From assembly GCA_964595035.1 (NCBI GenBank), contig CAZQNW010000001.1, positions 1 through 55,597 on the forward strand: DNA of 55,597 nucleotides, given 5' to 3'. This document shows positions 29,031 to 37,894 of the stretch, in pieces. Each line of letters opens with the position of its first letter. Position 1 is the first letter of the stretch. The stretch is from an uncultured Pseudomonadota bacterium. Its GTDB lineage: Bacteria; Babelota; Babeliae; Babelales; Vermiphilaceae. Below the pieces are notes generated by a model. That model was not told where the DNA came from and ran no database searches. It saw nothing but the letters and a program-made list of their open reading frames with translations. A program made the translations under genes and the position numbers.

Positions 29031-29387
29031 GTGAGCGTAGAAAAGAAAATTAAACAGCGTGCGCAAAGACGTATGCTGAGAACAAGAAAAAAATTGATAA
29101 ATGCACAAGGGTTGCCAAGAGTTTCAGTGTTTCGTAGTTTAAAGCATATTTATGCGCAAATAATTGATGATGCAGCTCATTCAACACTTGTCAGCTGTTC
29201 TTCACTCGATTTAAAGAGTGTTTCTGGCGATAAGAAAAATATAGCTAAACTTGTAGGTGCAGAGTTAGCTAACCGCGCCAAAAAGGTGGGTATATCGGCG
29301 GTAATTTTTGACCGTGGGCCGTATTTATACCATGGCAGGGTTGAATCGTTAGCTGAAGGTTTGCGAGAAGGCGGCATAAAAGTTTAG
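29031..29387 (+). CDS. rplR: 50S ribosomal protein L18
   Basis: 118 aa (GTG start); RVSVFRSLKHIYAQIIDD, FDRGPYLYHGRVESLAEGLREGG. Confidence 0.95.
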   Translation: MSVEKKIKQRAQRRMLRTRKKLINAQGLPRVSVFRSLKHIYAQIIDDAAHSTLVSCSSLDLKSVSGDKKNIAKLVGAELANRAKKVGISAVIFDRGPYLYHGRVESLAEGLREGGIKV

Positions 29388-29413
29388 TAATTTAATGTGA
29401 TAGGGTTTGAGTG

Positions 29414-29929
29414 ATGCCAGAGAAAAAAACAAACACACATACAAGTGATTTTGTAGACGTTGTTGTTGATGTTAATAGGGTTACTAAAGTTACAAAAGGT
29501 GGTAAAAGATTTTCTTTTGCAGCTTTGGTTGTATCCGGTGATAAAAAAGGGCGTGTTGGTATTGCCCTCGGTAAAAGCAGAGAAGTGTCTACTGCGATAG
29601 CTAAAGCAACAAAGCGTGCGAGAAAAGGTATGTTTACAGTTGCTTTACGTGGTACAACGATACCTTATCCTGTAGAAGGTCGTCACGGGGCAAGCCGTGT
29701 TATTTTACGCTCAGCATCGAAGGGTACTGGCGTTATTGCTGGTGGTGCTGTTCGTGCCGTTATGGAAGCACTAGGTATTAAGGATGTTCTTAGCAAGTCA
29801 TTGAGATCTGAAAATAGACAAAATGTTGTTAAGGCTACACTAAATGCATTGGCTAAATTACGATCAGCTCAAGAGATTTCAAGGCAAAGAGATAAGGCAA
29901 ACGTACAAGAACTTGTTAAAGGTGCATAA
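29414..29929 (+). CDS. rpsE: 30S ribosomal protein S5
   Basis: VNRVTKVTKGGKRFSFAALVVSGDKKGRVGIALGKSREV; the stop overlaps the rplO start (TAATG). Confidence 0.95.
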   Translation: MPEKKTNTHTSDFVDVVVDVNRVTKVTKGGKRFSFAALVVSGDKKGRVGIALGKSREVSTAIAKATKRARKGMFTVALRGTTIPYPVEGRHGASRVILRSASKGTGVIAGGAVRAVMEALGIKDVLSKSLRSENRQNVVKATLNALAKLRSAQEISRQRDKANVQELVKGA

Positions 29930-30411
29930 TGTTTCGTCTAGAAAAATTAAAATCAATAGTAAAAAAAAGGAAGACGGTTGGTCGTGGTGGAGACCGTGGT
30001 GGAACATCGGGACGAGGTGGCAAAGGCCAAACGGCTCGTTCTGGTGGAAATCCTCGTATTGGATTTGAAGGTGGTCAAATGCCTCTCTTCCGTCGGTTGC
30101 CAAAACGTGGTTTTAACAATGCTTCATTCAGACGTGAGTATGAAGTTGTTAATTTAGAGCGTATTGATGCCTGTTTTGATCAAGGAGCGACTGTCACAAA
30201 AGAAGATATGATTGCTAAGGGTTTGGTCAAAACTAAAAAAGGAATTGGTGGTCAATGCGTTACGCTCGTAAAAGTTTTAGCGCATGGTGGTATATCAAAA
30301 AAGATGATTATTTGTGCAGATGCATTTAGCAAGGCAGCTGAAGATGCTATCGTCCGTAATGGCGGTCAAGCGCGTATAATTGAGGAGAATGGAAGCCGTG
30401 GTATTGCTTAA
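29929..30411 (+). CDS. rplO: 50S ribosomal protein L15
   Basis: 160 aa; VGRGGDRGGTSGRGGKGQTARSGG..., GFEGGQMPLFRRLPKRGF. Confidence 0.95.
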   Translation: MFRLEKLKSIVKKRKTVGRGGDRGGTSGRGGKGQTARSGGNPRIGFEGGQMPLFRRLPKRGFNNASFRREYEVVNLERIDACFDQGATVTKEDMIAKGLVKTKKGIGGQCVTLVKVLAHGGISKKMIICADAFSKAAEDAIVRNGGQARIIEENGSRGIA

Positions 30412-31711
30412 AAATTTTATTAATATTTTTAATGTTCCAGAGTTAAGGAAAAAGGTCTTATTTACTTTTATTGTTTTGATTGTATATCGATTGGGAAGTC
30501 AAATTCCTGCTGTTGGGGTTAATATTGAATCTCTCAGTCAATTAGTAGATCAAGCTAAAGGGTTGGGAGGTCTTTTTGCGTATCTTGATTTATTTTCTGG
30601 TGGAGGATTAAGTCATTGTACGATCTTTGCTCTAGGCATTATGCCTTACATTACGTCATCGATTATGATGCAAATGTTGGGTATGACAATACCATCGTTA
30701 GAGCAGTTGTTAAAAGAAGGTGAATATGGTCGTAAAATTATAAACCAATATACCCGCTATCTTGCTTTTGCAGTTGCGGTATTTCAAAGTTTAAGTTATG
30801 CGTACCTTTTAGAGCATAGTAATCTTGCTATCCATCCAGGATGGGGCTTTCGTTTCACGTTTATTCTTTCTTTGACTATTTGTTCTATGTTTGTGATGTG
30901 GTTGGGAGAACAAATATCATTATTTGGAATAGGCAATGGAAGTTCGATGATTATTTTCGCTGGTATAGTTTCTCGTTTACCGGTAGATGTTCATAGATTA
31001 TGGTATGAAGTTTCTCAAGGATTTCTTGATTGGTGGATTGCAGCACTGGTCTTATTAATTTTTATAGTAATGACTGGTTGTATTGTGTTTTTGGAACGTG
31101 GGGAACGCAAGATACCTGTACAGTATGCAAGACGTGTTGTTGGGCAACGTATATATGGTGGTCAGAGTACCTATATTCCATTTAAGATAAATACTCCAGG
31201 AGTTATGCCGGTTATCTTTGCTGGTGCTATATTGAATATTCCTAGATTTATAGCTGCAACGCTTTCTTCTCGATTTGTATTCTGCCAATGGTTGAATGAG
31301 GTTCTCTATCCTACGTCAACAACATCGCTTGTTTTAGACTTTTTCTTAATTATTTTCTTCTCGTTCTTCTATACGGCTTTGGTATTTAATCCGGAAGAAT
31401 TAGCTGATAATATTAAAAAGAGTGGTGGTTTTGTTCCAGGGATTAGACCGGGAAGAAAGACAGCTGAATTTTTCAACTATATCTTGACGCGCATTGGGTT
31501 AATTGGTGCTATATATTTAGCGTTGTTAGCTATAGCGCCTACACTGATGACGAAGACACTTGGGGTTGTTATTTCAATGGGCGGTACGAGTATGTTGATT
31601 ATGGTTGGCGTAGGTCTTGAAACTGCTGCTCAGATTGAATCATACCTTATTGAACATCGTTACGAAGGATTCTTGTCTTCAGGTAGAATGCAAGGGAGAT
31701 CTAGTCGATGA
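30398..31711 (+). CDS. secY: Preprotein translocase subunit SecY
   Basis: PELRKKVLFTFIVLIVYRLGSQIPAVGV, 10 TM pattern. Start uncertain (TTG 30380, ATG 30389, GTG 30398); GTG 30398 has the best spacing from GAGGAG at 30382-30387. Confidence 0.93.
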   Translation: MVLLKNFINIFNVPELRKKVLFTFIVLIVYRLGSQIPAVGVNIESLSQLVDQAKGLGGLFAYLDLFSGGGLSHCTIFALGIMPYITSSIMMQMLGMTIPSLEQLLKEGEYGRKIINQYTRYLAFAVAVFQSLSYAYLLEHSNLAIHPGWGFRFTFILSLTICSMFVMWLGEQISLFGIGNGSSMIIFAGIVSRLPVDVHRLWYEVSQGFLDWWIAALVLLIFIVMTGCIVFLERGERKIPVQYARRVVGQRIYGGQSTYIPFKINTPGVMPVIFAGAILNIPRFIAATLSSRFVFCQWLNEVLYPTSTTSLVLDFFLIIFFSFFYTALVFNPEELADNIKKSGGFVPGIRPGRKTAEFFNYILTRIGLIGAIYLALLAIAPTLMTKTLGVVISMGGTSMLIMVGVGLETAAQIESYLIEHRYEGFLSSGRMQGRSSR

Positions 31712-32397
31712 GTAATGGCAGACTAGTGTACATTTTTATCGGGCCTCCAGGTTCCGGGAAAGGAACTGTGGCGCGTGAATGTGTAAAACGACTAGGCTGG
31801 GCTGCCTTATCAACTGGGGAGTTATGCCGTGAGCATGTGAGTAAAAAGACTGAAATAGGTAAAGAAATAGATTTAATTATTAAATCTGGTAAACTTATTC
31901 CTGATGAATTAATAACTTCCTTAGTAGATGAGTGGTTAACTAATACTATTGATAAATCTCAAGGAATAGTACTTGATGGGTATCCTCGTACTGAACAGCA
32001 AATTATATTGTTTTTTGATTTGCTTCGTACACGTTACCCTCATATACGGGTACAAGTAATTAAGTTTGACATTAACGATGAAGCAGTTATTAAGCGATTG
32101 TCAAATCGATTAATATGCCCAAACAAAAACTGTCAAGCAGTATATTCGATGATAAAATCGGATGGTTTTGCTCCGAGCAAGGATTATATGTGTGATATTT
32201 GCTCGAGCCAATTGACTCGACGGTTAGATGATAAGCCTGAGGTTATTCGTGATAGATTGATTATATATCATCAGCATGATTTATCTCGTGTTTTTGCAAA
32301 AATGGGACAATCTATTCAAGTAATTGATGGAGATCGTCCCTTAAATGAGGTTTTGAGTTGTTTTATGCATGTGATTAAGCGTGATGATGTTTTATGA
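31708..32397 (+). CDS. adk: Adenylate kinase (Cys4 lid)
   Basis: 229 aa; P-loop GPPGSGKGT; lid cysteines CPNKNC...CDIC; ATGA overlap with secY. Confidence 0.93.
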   Translation: MSNGRLVYIFIGPPGSGKGTVARECVKRLGWAALSTGELCREHVSKKTEIGKEIDLIIKSGKLIPDELITSLVDEWLTNTIDKSQGIVLDGYPRTEQQIILFFDLLRTRYPHIRVQVIKFDINDEAVIKRLSNRLICPNKNCQAVYSMIKSDGFAPSKDYMCDICSSQLTRRLDDKPEVIRDRLIIYHQHDLSRVFAKMGQSIQVIDGDRPLNEVLSCFMHVIKRDDVL

Positions 32398-33152
32398 TTC
32401 CTATTATGAATAATACATCTTTATTAAAGATGATTACAGCAGGACGTTTGCTTGCGGAGATATTTGAAATTGTGCAACCAAAAGTGCAGATTGGTACTAC
32501 CACATTAGAATTGGATTCTTTTTTTGAAAAAGAACTTGCAGCTAGACGTTTAGTATCTGGTTCTAAGGGTTATATGGGGTATCGATTTGTTACGTGCATA
32601 TCATTGAATGATGAAGTTGTGCACGGTATACCATCAGCAAAAAAAGTAATTAAGCCTGGTGATGTGATTAAAATAGATGTTTGTGCCGCGCATCAGGGAT
32701 TTTTTGCTGATATGACACGAACATTTCTTGTTCCTCCGGTTGATCTTAAAGTGCAACATTTTATAAATGTTGCTCAAGCTGCTTTAGATCTTGGTATCAA
32801 TAGTGCTTTGATAGGTAATAGAGTTTCTGATATTTCATCAGCAATTCAGAAAGAAGTTGAGCGCAATGGGTTTGGAGTTGTTCGTGATTTCGCTGGACAT
32901 GGCATAGGTCATGCTATGCATGAGGAACCTGAGATTTTGAATTATGGGTTACCAGGCAGGGGCCCTGTTCTTAAGGCAGGTATGGGGTTGGCTTTGGAGC
33001 CTATGATTACGATGCAAGGGTATCGTGTGTTTGTAGCGAATGATGGATGGACTGTTAAAACTGTTGATGGAAGTTTGGCGGCGCATGTTGAAGATACCAT
33101 CATTATTACTGATAATGGTCCTATGATTATAACTAGACCTGGCAGGGGATGA
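32394..33152 (+). CDS. map: Methionine aminopeptidase, type I
   Basis: 252 aa; metal ligands in DVCAAHQGFFADMTRTF, GHGIGHAMHEEP, LEPM, HVEDT. Confidence 0.93.
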   Translation: MIPIMNNTSLLKMITAGRLLAEIFEIVQPKVQIGTTTLELDSFFEKELAARRLVSGSKGYMGYRFVTCISLNDEVVHGIPSAKKVIKPGDVIKIDVCAAHQGFFADMTRTFLVPPVDLKVQHFINVAQAALDLGINSALIGNRVSDISSAIQKEVERNGFGVVRDFAGHGIGHAMHEEPEILNYGLPGRGPVLKAGMGLALEPMITMQGYRVFVANDGWTVKTVDGSLAAHVEDTIIITDNGPMIITRPGRG

Positions 33153-33156
33153 GTGA

Positions 33157-33396
33157 ATGAAAACAAAGGTTCACAAAGAGAAAGAAGAAGTTATTCGCGT
33201 TGATGGCGTTGTTAAAGAAACTCTACCTAACGCGATGTTTCGTGTTGAAATCGAAGGGGGGCATGAAGTGTTGGGGCATGTTTCAGGTAAAATGCGTATG
33301 CATTATATCAAGATTTTACCTGGAGATAAAGTTGCTCTTGAATTATCTCCATATGATTTGACAAGAGGAAGGATTGTATTACGTTATAAGAGTTAG
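33157..33396 (+). CDS. infA: Translation initiation factor IF-1
   Basis: 79 aa; S1-like fold sequence [43 protein letters not shown]. Confidence 0.95.
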   Translation: MKTKVHKEKEEVIRVDGVVKETLPNAMFRVEIEGGHEVLGHVSGKMRMHYIKILPGDKVALELSPYDLTRGRIVLRYKS

Positions 33397-33419
33397 GTTT
33401 ATTTGTTTTAGGGATGACG

Positions 33420-33536
33420 ATGAAGGTACGTACATCAGTTAAAAAAATTTGTAGTTATTGCCGTATTATTAAACGTAAGGGCGTTATACGTGTCATCTGC
33501 GAACGTGATGCACGTCATAAGCAACGTCAAGGATAA
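33420..33536 (+). CDS. rpmJ: 50S ribosomal protein L36 (zinc-binding form)
   Basis: Not in the ORF track (38 aa). Hand translation gives [38 protein letters not shown] with CxxC...C...H; sits at the conserved infA-rpmJ-rpsM position. Confidence 0.92.
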   Translation: MKVRTSVKKICSYCRIIKRKGVIRVICERDARHKQRQG

Positions 33537-33563
33537 CAGATAGGCAAATAGAATAGGGATGAT

Positions 33564-33953
33564 ATGGCTCGTATAGAAGGTGTTAACTTACCAAATAATA
33601 AGCGCATAGAGTATGGCTTGACCTATGTTTTTGGAATTGGTTTAAAGGCTTCTCAAGATATTTTGAATAAGCTGAAAATCGATTTTAATAAACGCGTAAA
33701 AGATTTGTCGGATGAAGAAATCGCGGCAATTCAAAAAGAAGTATCTAATAATTACGTTACTGAAGGTGAATTGCGCAAAGAGATAACGCTTAATATAAAG
33801 CGTTTACAAGAAATCGGATGTTATCGTGGTTTACGTCATAAAAAAGGCTTGCCAACTCGTGGTCAGCGAACACGTACTAATGCTCGTACGCGTAAAGGCC
33901 CAAGAAGAGCTGGTTGTGCTATTGCGCTTAAACGTAAGATAACTAAGAAGTAA
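33564..33953 (+). CDS. rpsM: 30S ribosomal protein S13
   Basis: 129 aa; [54 protein letters not shown]. Confidence 0.96.
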   Translation: MARIEGVNLPNNKRIEYGLTYVFGIGLKASQDILNKLKIDFNKRVKDLSDEEIAAIQKEVSNNYVTEGELRKEITLNIKRLQEIGCYRGLRHKKGLPTRGQRTRTNARTRKGPRRAGCAIALKRKITKK

Positions 33954-33997
33954 GGGTTTAAGGAATTAACTCTAGTCTATAGAGGTTGAAGGGTACG

Positions 33998-34378
33998 ATG
34001 GCGTACAAAAAGAAAGCAAAAAAACGAGGGCATATAGATTCTGCTATTGCTCATATTAATTCGTCGTTTAATAATACATTAGTTTCAATATCTACTTTAG
34101 GCGGCGATGTATTGATGGCCAGTAGTGCAGGTAAACTAGGTTTTAAGGGCTCGCGCAAAGGGACTCCATTCGCAGCTTCACAAGTCGGTACAACATTGGC
34201 AAAAGAGATGAGTGCTTTGGGTATTAAAAATGTTGAAGTTAATTTATCTGGTCCTGGAGCAGGGAGAGATTCTGTTGTAAGAGCTTTGCAAGCTTCTGGA
34301 CTAAATATTACTGTGTTGCGCGATGTAACTCCGTTGCCTCATAATGGTTGTCGTGCACCCAAGAAGCGTAGAGTATAA
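33998..34378 (+). CDS. rpsK: 30S ribosomal protein S11
   Basis: AHINSSFNNTLVSIS, GFKGSRKGTPFAA, TPLPHNGCRAPKKRRV; ATG 33998 is preferred over the 33986 track start. Confidence 0.95.
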   Translation: MAYKKKAKKRGHIDSAIAHINSSFNNTLVSISTLGGDVLMASSAGKLGFKGSRKGTPFAASQVGTTLAKEMSALGIKNVEVNLSGPGAGRDSVVRALQASGLNITVLRDVTPLPHNGCRAPKKRRV

Positions 34379-34405
34379 CCCTTAGATTTTACTTTAGGAT
34401 GATCC

Positions 34406-34975
34406 ATGAACGAAAAACATAAAGGGTCTGTTGATAAAAAATCAACACCATCTTTTGGCCAACCAATGAAACATCCACGTAAGACGACTGAATATGGGCG
34501 TCAGTTGGATGAAAAACAAAAAGTAAAAAATATGTATGGGATGAGGGAAAAGCAGTTTAAACGTTTCTTTAGGGATGCAATTAAAAGTCGTGAAGGCGTC
34601 CCAGGCGAAATACTTTTAAGTTTGCTTGAACGTAGGTTAGATAATACCGTATATCGTTTGAAGATGGCTACAACGCGTCCTCAAGCTCGTCAAATAATTG
34701 TTCACGGGCATGTTCTTGTGAATGGTAAAAAGGTTTATTCGCCTTCTTATCTGGTACATGTAAATGATGTAATTTCGCTTGCCGAAAATGTTTCTCAAAA
34801 AACAGTATTTGTTGAGAATGTTATTGATAAGCGTTTAAAAATGGGGATTAAGGTTCCTGAATGGCTTGAACTTGACAAGAAGGATCGTAAAGGTCGTGTG
34901 TTGAGACTGCCGGTTCGCGCCGATATTCAGGTTCCTATTGAAGAGCACTTAATTGTTGAGTTGTATTCTAAATAA
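34406..34975 (+). CDS. rpsD: 30S ribosomal protein S4 (atypical, shortened N-terminus)
   Basis: 189 aa; [28 protein letters not shown]4 domain [37 protein letters not shown]. The canonical MARYxGPxxKxSRRxG start is absent, and an in-frame TGA at 34400 blocks upstream extension. Confidence 0.92.
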   Translation: MNEKHKGSVDKKSTPSFGQPMKHPRKTTEYGRQLDEKQKVKNMYGMREKQFKRFFRDAIKSREGVPGEILLSLLERRLDNTVYRLKMATTRPQARQIIVHGHVLVNGKKVYSPSYLVHVNDVISLAENVSQKTVFVENVIDKRLKMGIKVPEWLELDKKDRKGRVLRLPVRADIQVPIEEHLIVELYSK

Positions 34976-35022
34976 GACCGCCTTGCATAGAGGGGTATTT
35001 TTACGGTGTTTTGGGAGATTGC

Positions 35023-36060
35023 ATGGAGAAGAAGGAATACCAGCCTTTAATTATACCGCGTATAACGTGGGATCCAAAATCTTTATCGGGTACTTTTGGT
35101 GAGTTAGTTGCTCAACCTTTAGAGCCGGGTTTTGGCATGACATTTGGCAATGCATTAAGGCGTGTTTTACTGGGTGGAGTTGAAGGTTCAGCAGTAACAT
35201 CTGTTATTATTAAAGGTGTTAATAATGAATTTTCATCGGTACCAGGAGTACTCGAAGATACAATGCAGCTGATCCTTAATATTAAACAAATTATTGTTCG
35301 CAACAAAGAAGGTAAGCCAGGCAAAATGTATCTCAAGCTTAAAGGTGAAGGCATTGCTCGTGTTGCTGATATTAAAGCAGATGACCACCTTCAACTTATT
35401 AATCCTGAGTATGTACTTGCGCATGTTGCAACTGATGGAGATCTTGATATAGAATTTTTCGTTGAATCTGGACGAGGCTATCGCGCTGCTCAATGGCCTA
35501 CTAATAAGTCGTTGCAGGATGATAATCGTATTTATTTAGATGCCATGTTTTCACCAATTAAGAAGGTTACTTTCGACGTAGAAAAGACCCGCGTAGGTGG
35601 TGAAATAGATTACGATAAATTAATTTGTCGTATTTATACAGATGGTTCTGAAAATCCGGTAGAAGCTCTTCACTATTCTGTGTCTGTTTTGCGAACTCAG
35701 TTAGAACATTTTTTGGCAAAGCCTGAAATTCCTTTTAATGATATTTCTAAATTGCCTCAAGAATCGTCTGAAGAACAAACAGTTTCATTAGATAAAATAG
35801 GTATAAAGGGAATACCTGTAGAGTTATTACTAAAGCCTATTGAAGAATTAGAATTATCCGTACGTGCCCATAACTGCCTAGTTAATGCTGGGGTTAATCG
35901 TATTGTAGATTTAGTAAATCTATCTGAAGATGATATACTTAATATCAAGAATTTTGGGCGTAAGTCACTTGGTGAAGTAAAAGACAGTATGAAGGCTTTT
36001 GGACTTTCATTTAATATGGACATCAAAGAGTCAGATATAGAAAAGGCTCTTGAAGGTTAA
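35023..36060 (+). CDS. rpoA: DNA-directed RNA polymerase subunit alpha
   Basis: PLEPGFGMTFGNALRRVLLG..., C-terminal domain ELELSVRAHNCLVNAGVNRIVDL..., NFGRKSLGEVK; ATG 35023 is preferred. Confidence 0.95.
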   Translation: MEKKEYQPLIIPRITWDPKSLSGTFGELVAQPLEPGFGMTFGNALRRVLLGGVEGSAVTSVIIKGVNNEFSSVPGVLEDTMQLILNIKQIIVRNKEGKPGKMYLKLKGEGIARVADIKADDHLQLINPEYVLAHVATDGDLDIEFFVESGRGYRAAQWPTNKSLQDDNRIYLDAMFSPIKKVTFDVEKTRVGGEIDYDKLICRIYTDGSENPVEALHYSVSVLRTQLEHFLAKPEIPFNDISKLPQESSEEQTVSLDKIGIKGIPVELLLKPIEELELSVRAHNCLVNAGVNRIVDLVNLSEDDILNIKNFGRKSLGEVKDSMKAFGLSFNMDIKESDIEKALEG

Positions 36061-36087
36061 GATATCAATAGTTAAAGGTTTTATACT

Positions 36088-36444
36088 ATGAGACATCAGA
36101 ATGCTAGAAAGAAGTTAAATTTAAAACCCGCACATAAGCGAGCCATGTTGCGCAACCAGGTACTTTTTTTAATAGATTATGGCCATATTGTATCAACTAA
36201 AGCTCGTATTAAAGAGTTGCGTAAGTTTGCAGAAAAATTGGTTACAATTGCACGCGAGGGTAACAATTTTAATGTTCGTCGTAGAATTAATGCTTTGCTC
36301 CCTTACAAACAAGATATTGCTTTAAAGCTTGTTAAAGAGGTTGCGCCACGTTATGTTGATAGGCCAGGAGGCTATACTCGCATTATACCTATGGGTAAAC
36401 GAACAAGTGATACTGCTGAATTAGCGCGGCTTGAGTGGGTGTAA
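36088..36444 (+). CDS. rplQ: 50S ribosomal protein L17
   Basis: 118 aa; MRHQNARKKLNLKPAHKRAMLRNQ..., RPGGYTRI. Confidence 0.95.
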   Translation: MRHQNARKKLNLKPAHKRAMLRNQVLFLIDYGHIVSTKARIKELRKFAEKLVTIAREGNNFNVRRRINALLPYKQDIALKLVKEVAPRYVDRPGGYTRIIPMGKRTSDTAELARLEWV

Positions 36445-36545
36445 AAATTTTATTATAATTTTCTTCACAAACTCAAAAAAGTAGTTTATTATTTCAAATG
36501 ATATAATAACTTGAAAGTAATCCTTTCTTTTTTGTCCTAAATTGG

Positions 36546-36621
36546 GGGCCCATAGCTCAGCGGTAAGAGCAATCGGCTCATAACCGAGAGGTCCCAGGTT
36601 CAAATCCTGGTGGGCCCACCA
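36546..36621 (+). tRNA. tRNA with CAU anticodon (Met elongator or lysidine-modified Ile2; not initiator-like)
   Basis: Hand-folded cloverleaf: acceptor gggccca/tgggccc, D arm gctc-agcggtaa-gagc, anticodon arm atcgg-ctCATaa-ccgag, T arm ccagg-ttcaaat-cctgg, encoded CCA. G1-C72 is paired and there is no GGG/CCC anticodon stem. Confidence 0.9.
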
Positions 36622-36668
36622 ACAAGGGTAGGACAGCTTGCCATAAAGCTTTAGCATTAAAGGGATGT

Positions 36669-37379
36669 ATGATGAATGACCAGCTGCTTCGAACCTTTAT
36701 CGCTCTTGTGACATTCGATTCAAAAGTCCGTTTATTATATGATGAACGCGAAAATTTATTGAATGTACAAAAAAGTCTTGTTGAACAAAAAAATATCTTA
36801 TTTAAACATTTAGAAGAATTAAAGCTTCTACTTAACGAGTATCAAAAGAATGTTAATGCTCAAGAGTTGAGTATGAAGATGCTTGACCAGCGCGAAGTGG
36901 AGCTTAAGCATCGTTTGGATAATGTTACTGGTGTTAAAGAATATTCGTCTTTAAAAAACGAAATTAATGCGGTACACGATCAGCAGCAAGCTTGTGAGCA
37001 AAGCTTAATAGAAGCATGGGAGAAATTAGATTATATACAAAAAAAATATACATCTGAACAGGCTCTATCTGATGCAAAAGGTTTAGAACTAGACAAGCAA
37101 CAGCGTGATATAGCTAATAAAATTCAGGATTTAGAATGTTCTATTGATGAACATGAGCGACTAAGGAAATCATATCTTGAAGTTGTTCCCGCAGATCTTT
37201 TGAACAATTATGAGCATATGAGAGGTCAGGTGAAAAATCCCGTTGTTCCTGTAGAAAATAATAGCTGTAGCGCATGTTTTTATCTTGTACCAGGTCAAGA
37301 TTTAGCTTTCTTGAAAAAAGGTAAATTAATACCTTGTAAAAGTTGCTATCGCATTCTTTATTCTGTTGATAGTGAATAA
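36669..37379 (+). CDS. Coiled-coil protein with C-terminal C4 zinc ribbon (COG1579-like)
   Basis: 236 aa; long heptad region, then CSACFYLVPGQD...CKSCYRILY. Confidence 0.7.
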   Translation: MMNDQLLRTFIALVTFDSKVRLLYDERENLLNVQKSLVEQKNILFKHLEELKLLLNEYQKNVNAQELSMKMLDQREVELKHRLDNVTGVKEYSSLKNEINAVHDQQQACEQSLIEAWEKLDYIQKKYTSEQALSDAKGLELDKQQRDIANKIQDLECSIDEHERLRKSYLEVVPADLLNNYEHMRGQVKNPVVPVENNSCSACFYLVPGQDLAFLKKGKLIPCKSCYRILYSVDSE

Positions 37380-37411
37380 TTGAATATAAAACCTATAAAG
37401 TCTGGCTCAAT

Positions 37412-37894
37412 ATGCATAATATCAAAAACAATACCAAAGGACACGTGTTCGAATTATTTGTAGATGGAGCATCACGTAACAACCCCGGTCGAGCTGGTGT
37501 TGGCATTTTTATAACAAAAGATAAAAAGCCTGTTGAACAATTAGGCTTTTATATTGGTATAAAAACAAACAACCAAGCAGAGTATCTTGCTCTTTTGTTG
37601 GGGATCCTGTACCTTAAGGATCACGTTGGACCTGATGATATGGTGCTCATTATGTCTGATTCCGAGCTTATGGTTAAGCAATTGAAAGGTGAATATCGGG
37701 TTAAGAATCAAGACTTGCTGCAATTATATACAATTGCTAAAAAGATGTTAGCCTCTTTAAGTTACAAAGTAGTTCATGTTATGCGTGAAGAAAATTGTAT
37801 GGCTGATAGTTTGGCTAATCTGGGTATTGATCGTACCATTCTTGTTCCCGATTCAATTTTGGCGAAATTACATGAATATTCGATTTCATTATAA
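37412..37894 (+). CDS. rnhA: Ribonuclease HI-family protein
   Basis: 160 aa; catalytic-type residues in ELFVDGASRNNPG (D), NNQAEYLALL (E), IMSDSELMV (D), REENCMADSLAN (D). Confidence 0.8.
   Translation: MHNIKNNTKGHVFELFVDGASRNNPGRAGVGIFITKDKKPVEQLGFYIGIKTNNQAEYLALLLGILYLKDHVGPDDMVLIMSDSELMVKQLKGEYRVKNQDLLQLYTIAKKMLASLSYKVVHVMREENCMADSLANLGIDRTILVPDSILAKLHEYSISL

Noticed and set aside
36421-36657. 78-aa minus-strand ORF.
   Set aside because: It runs straight through the tRNA-CAU gene at 36546-36621 and is spurious.
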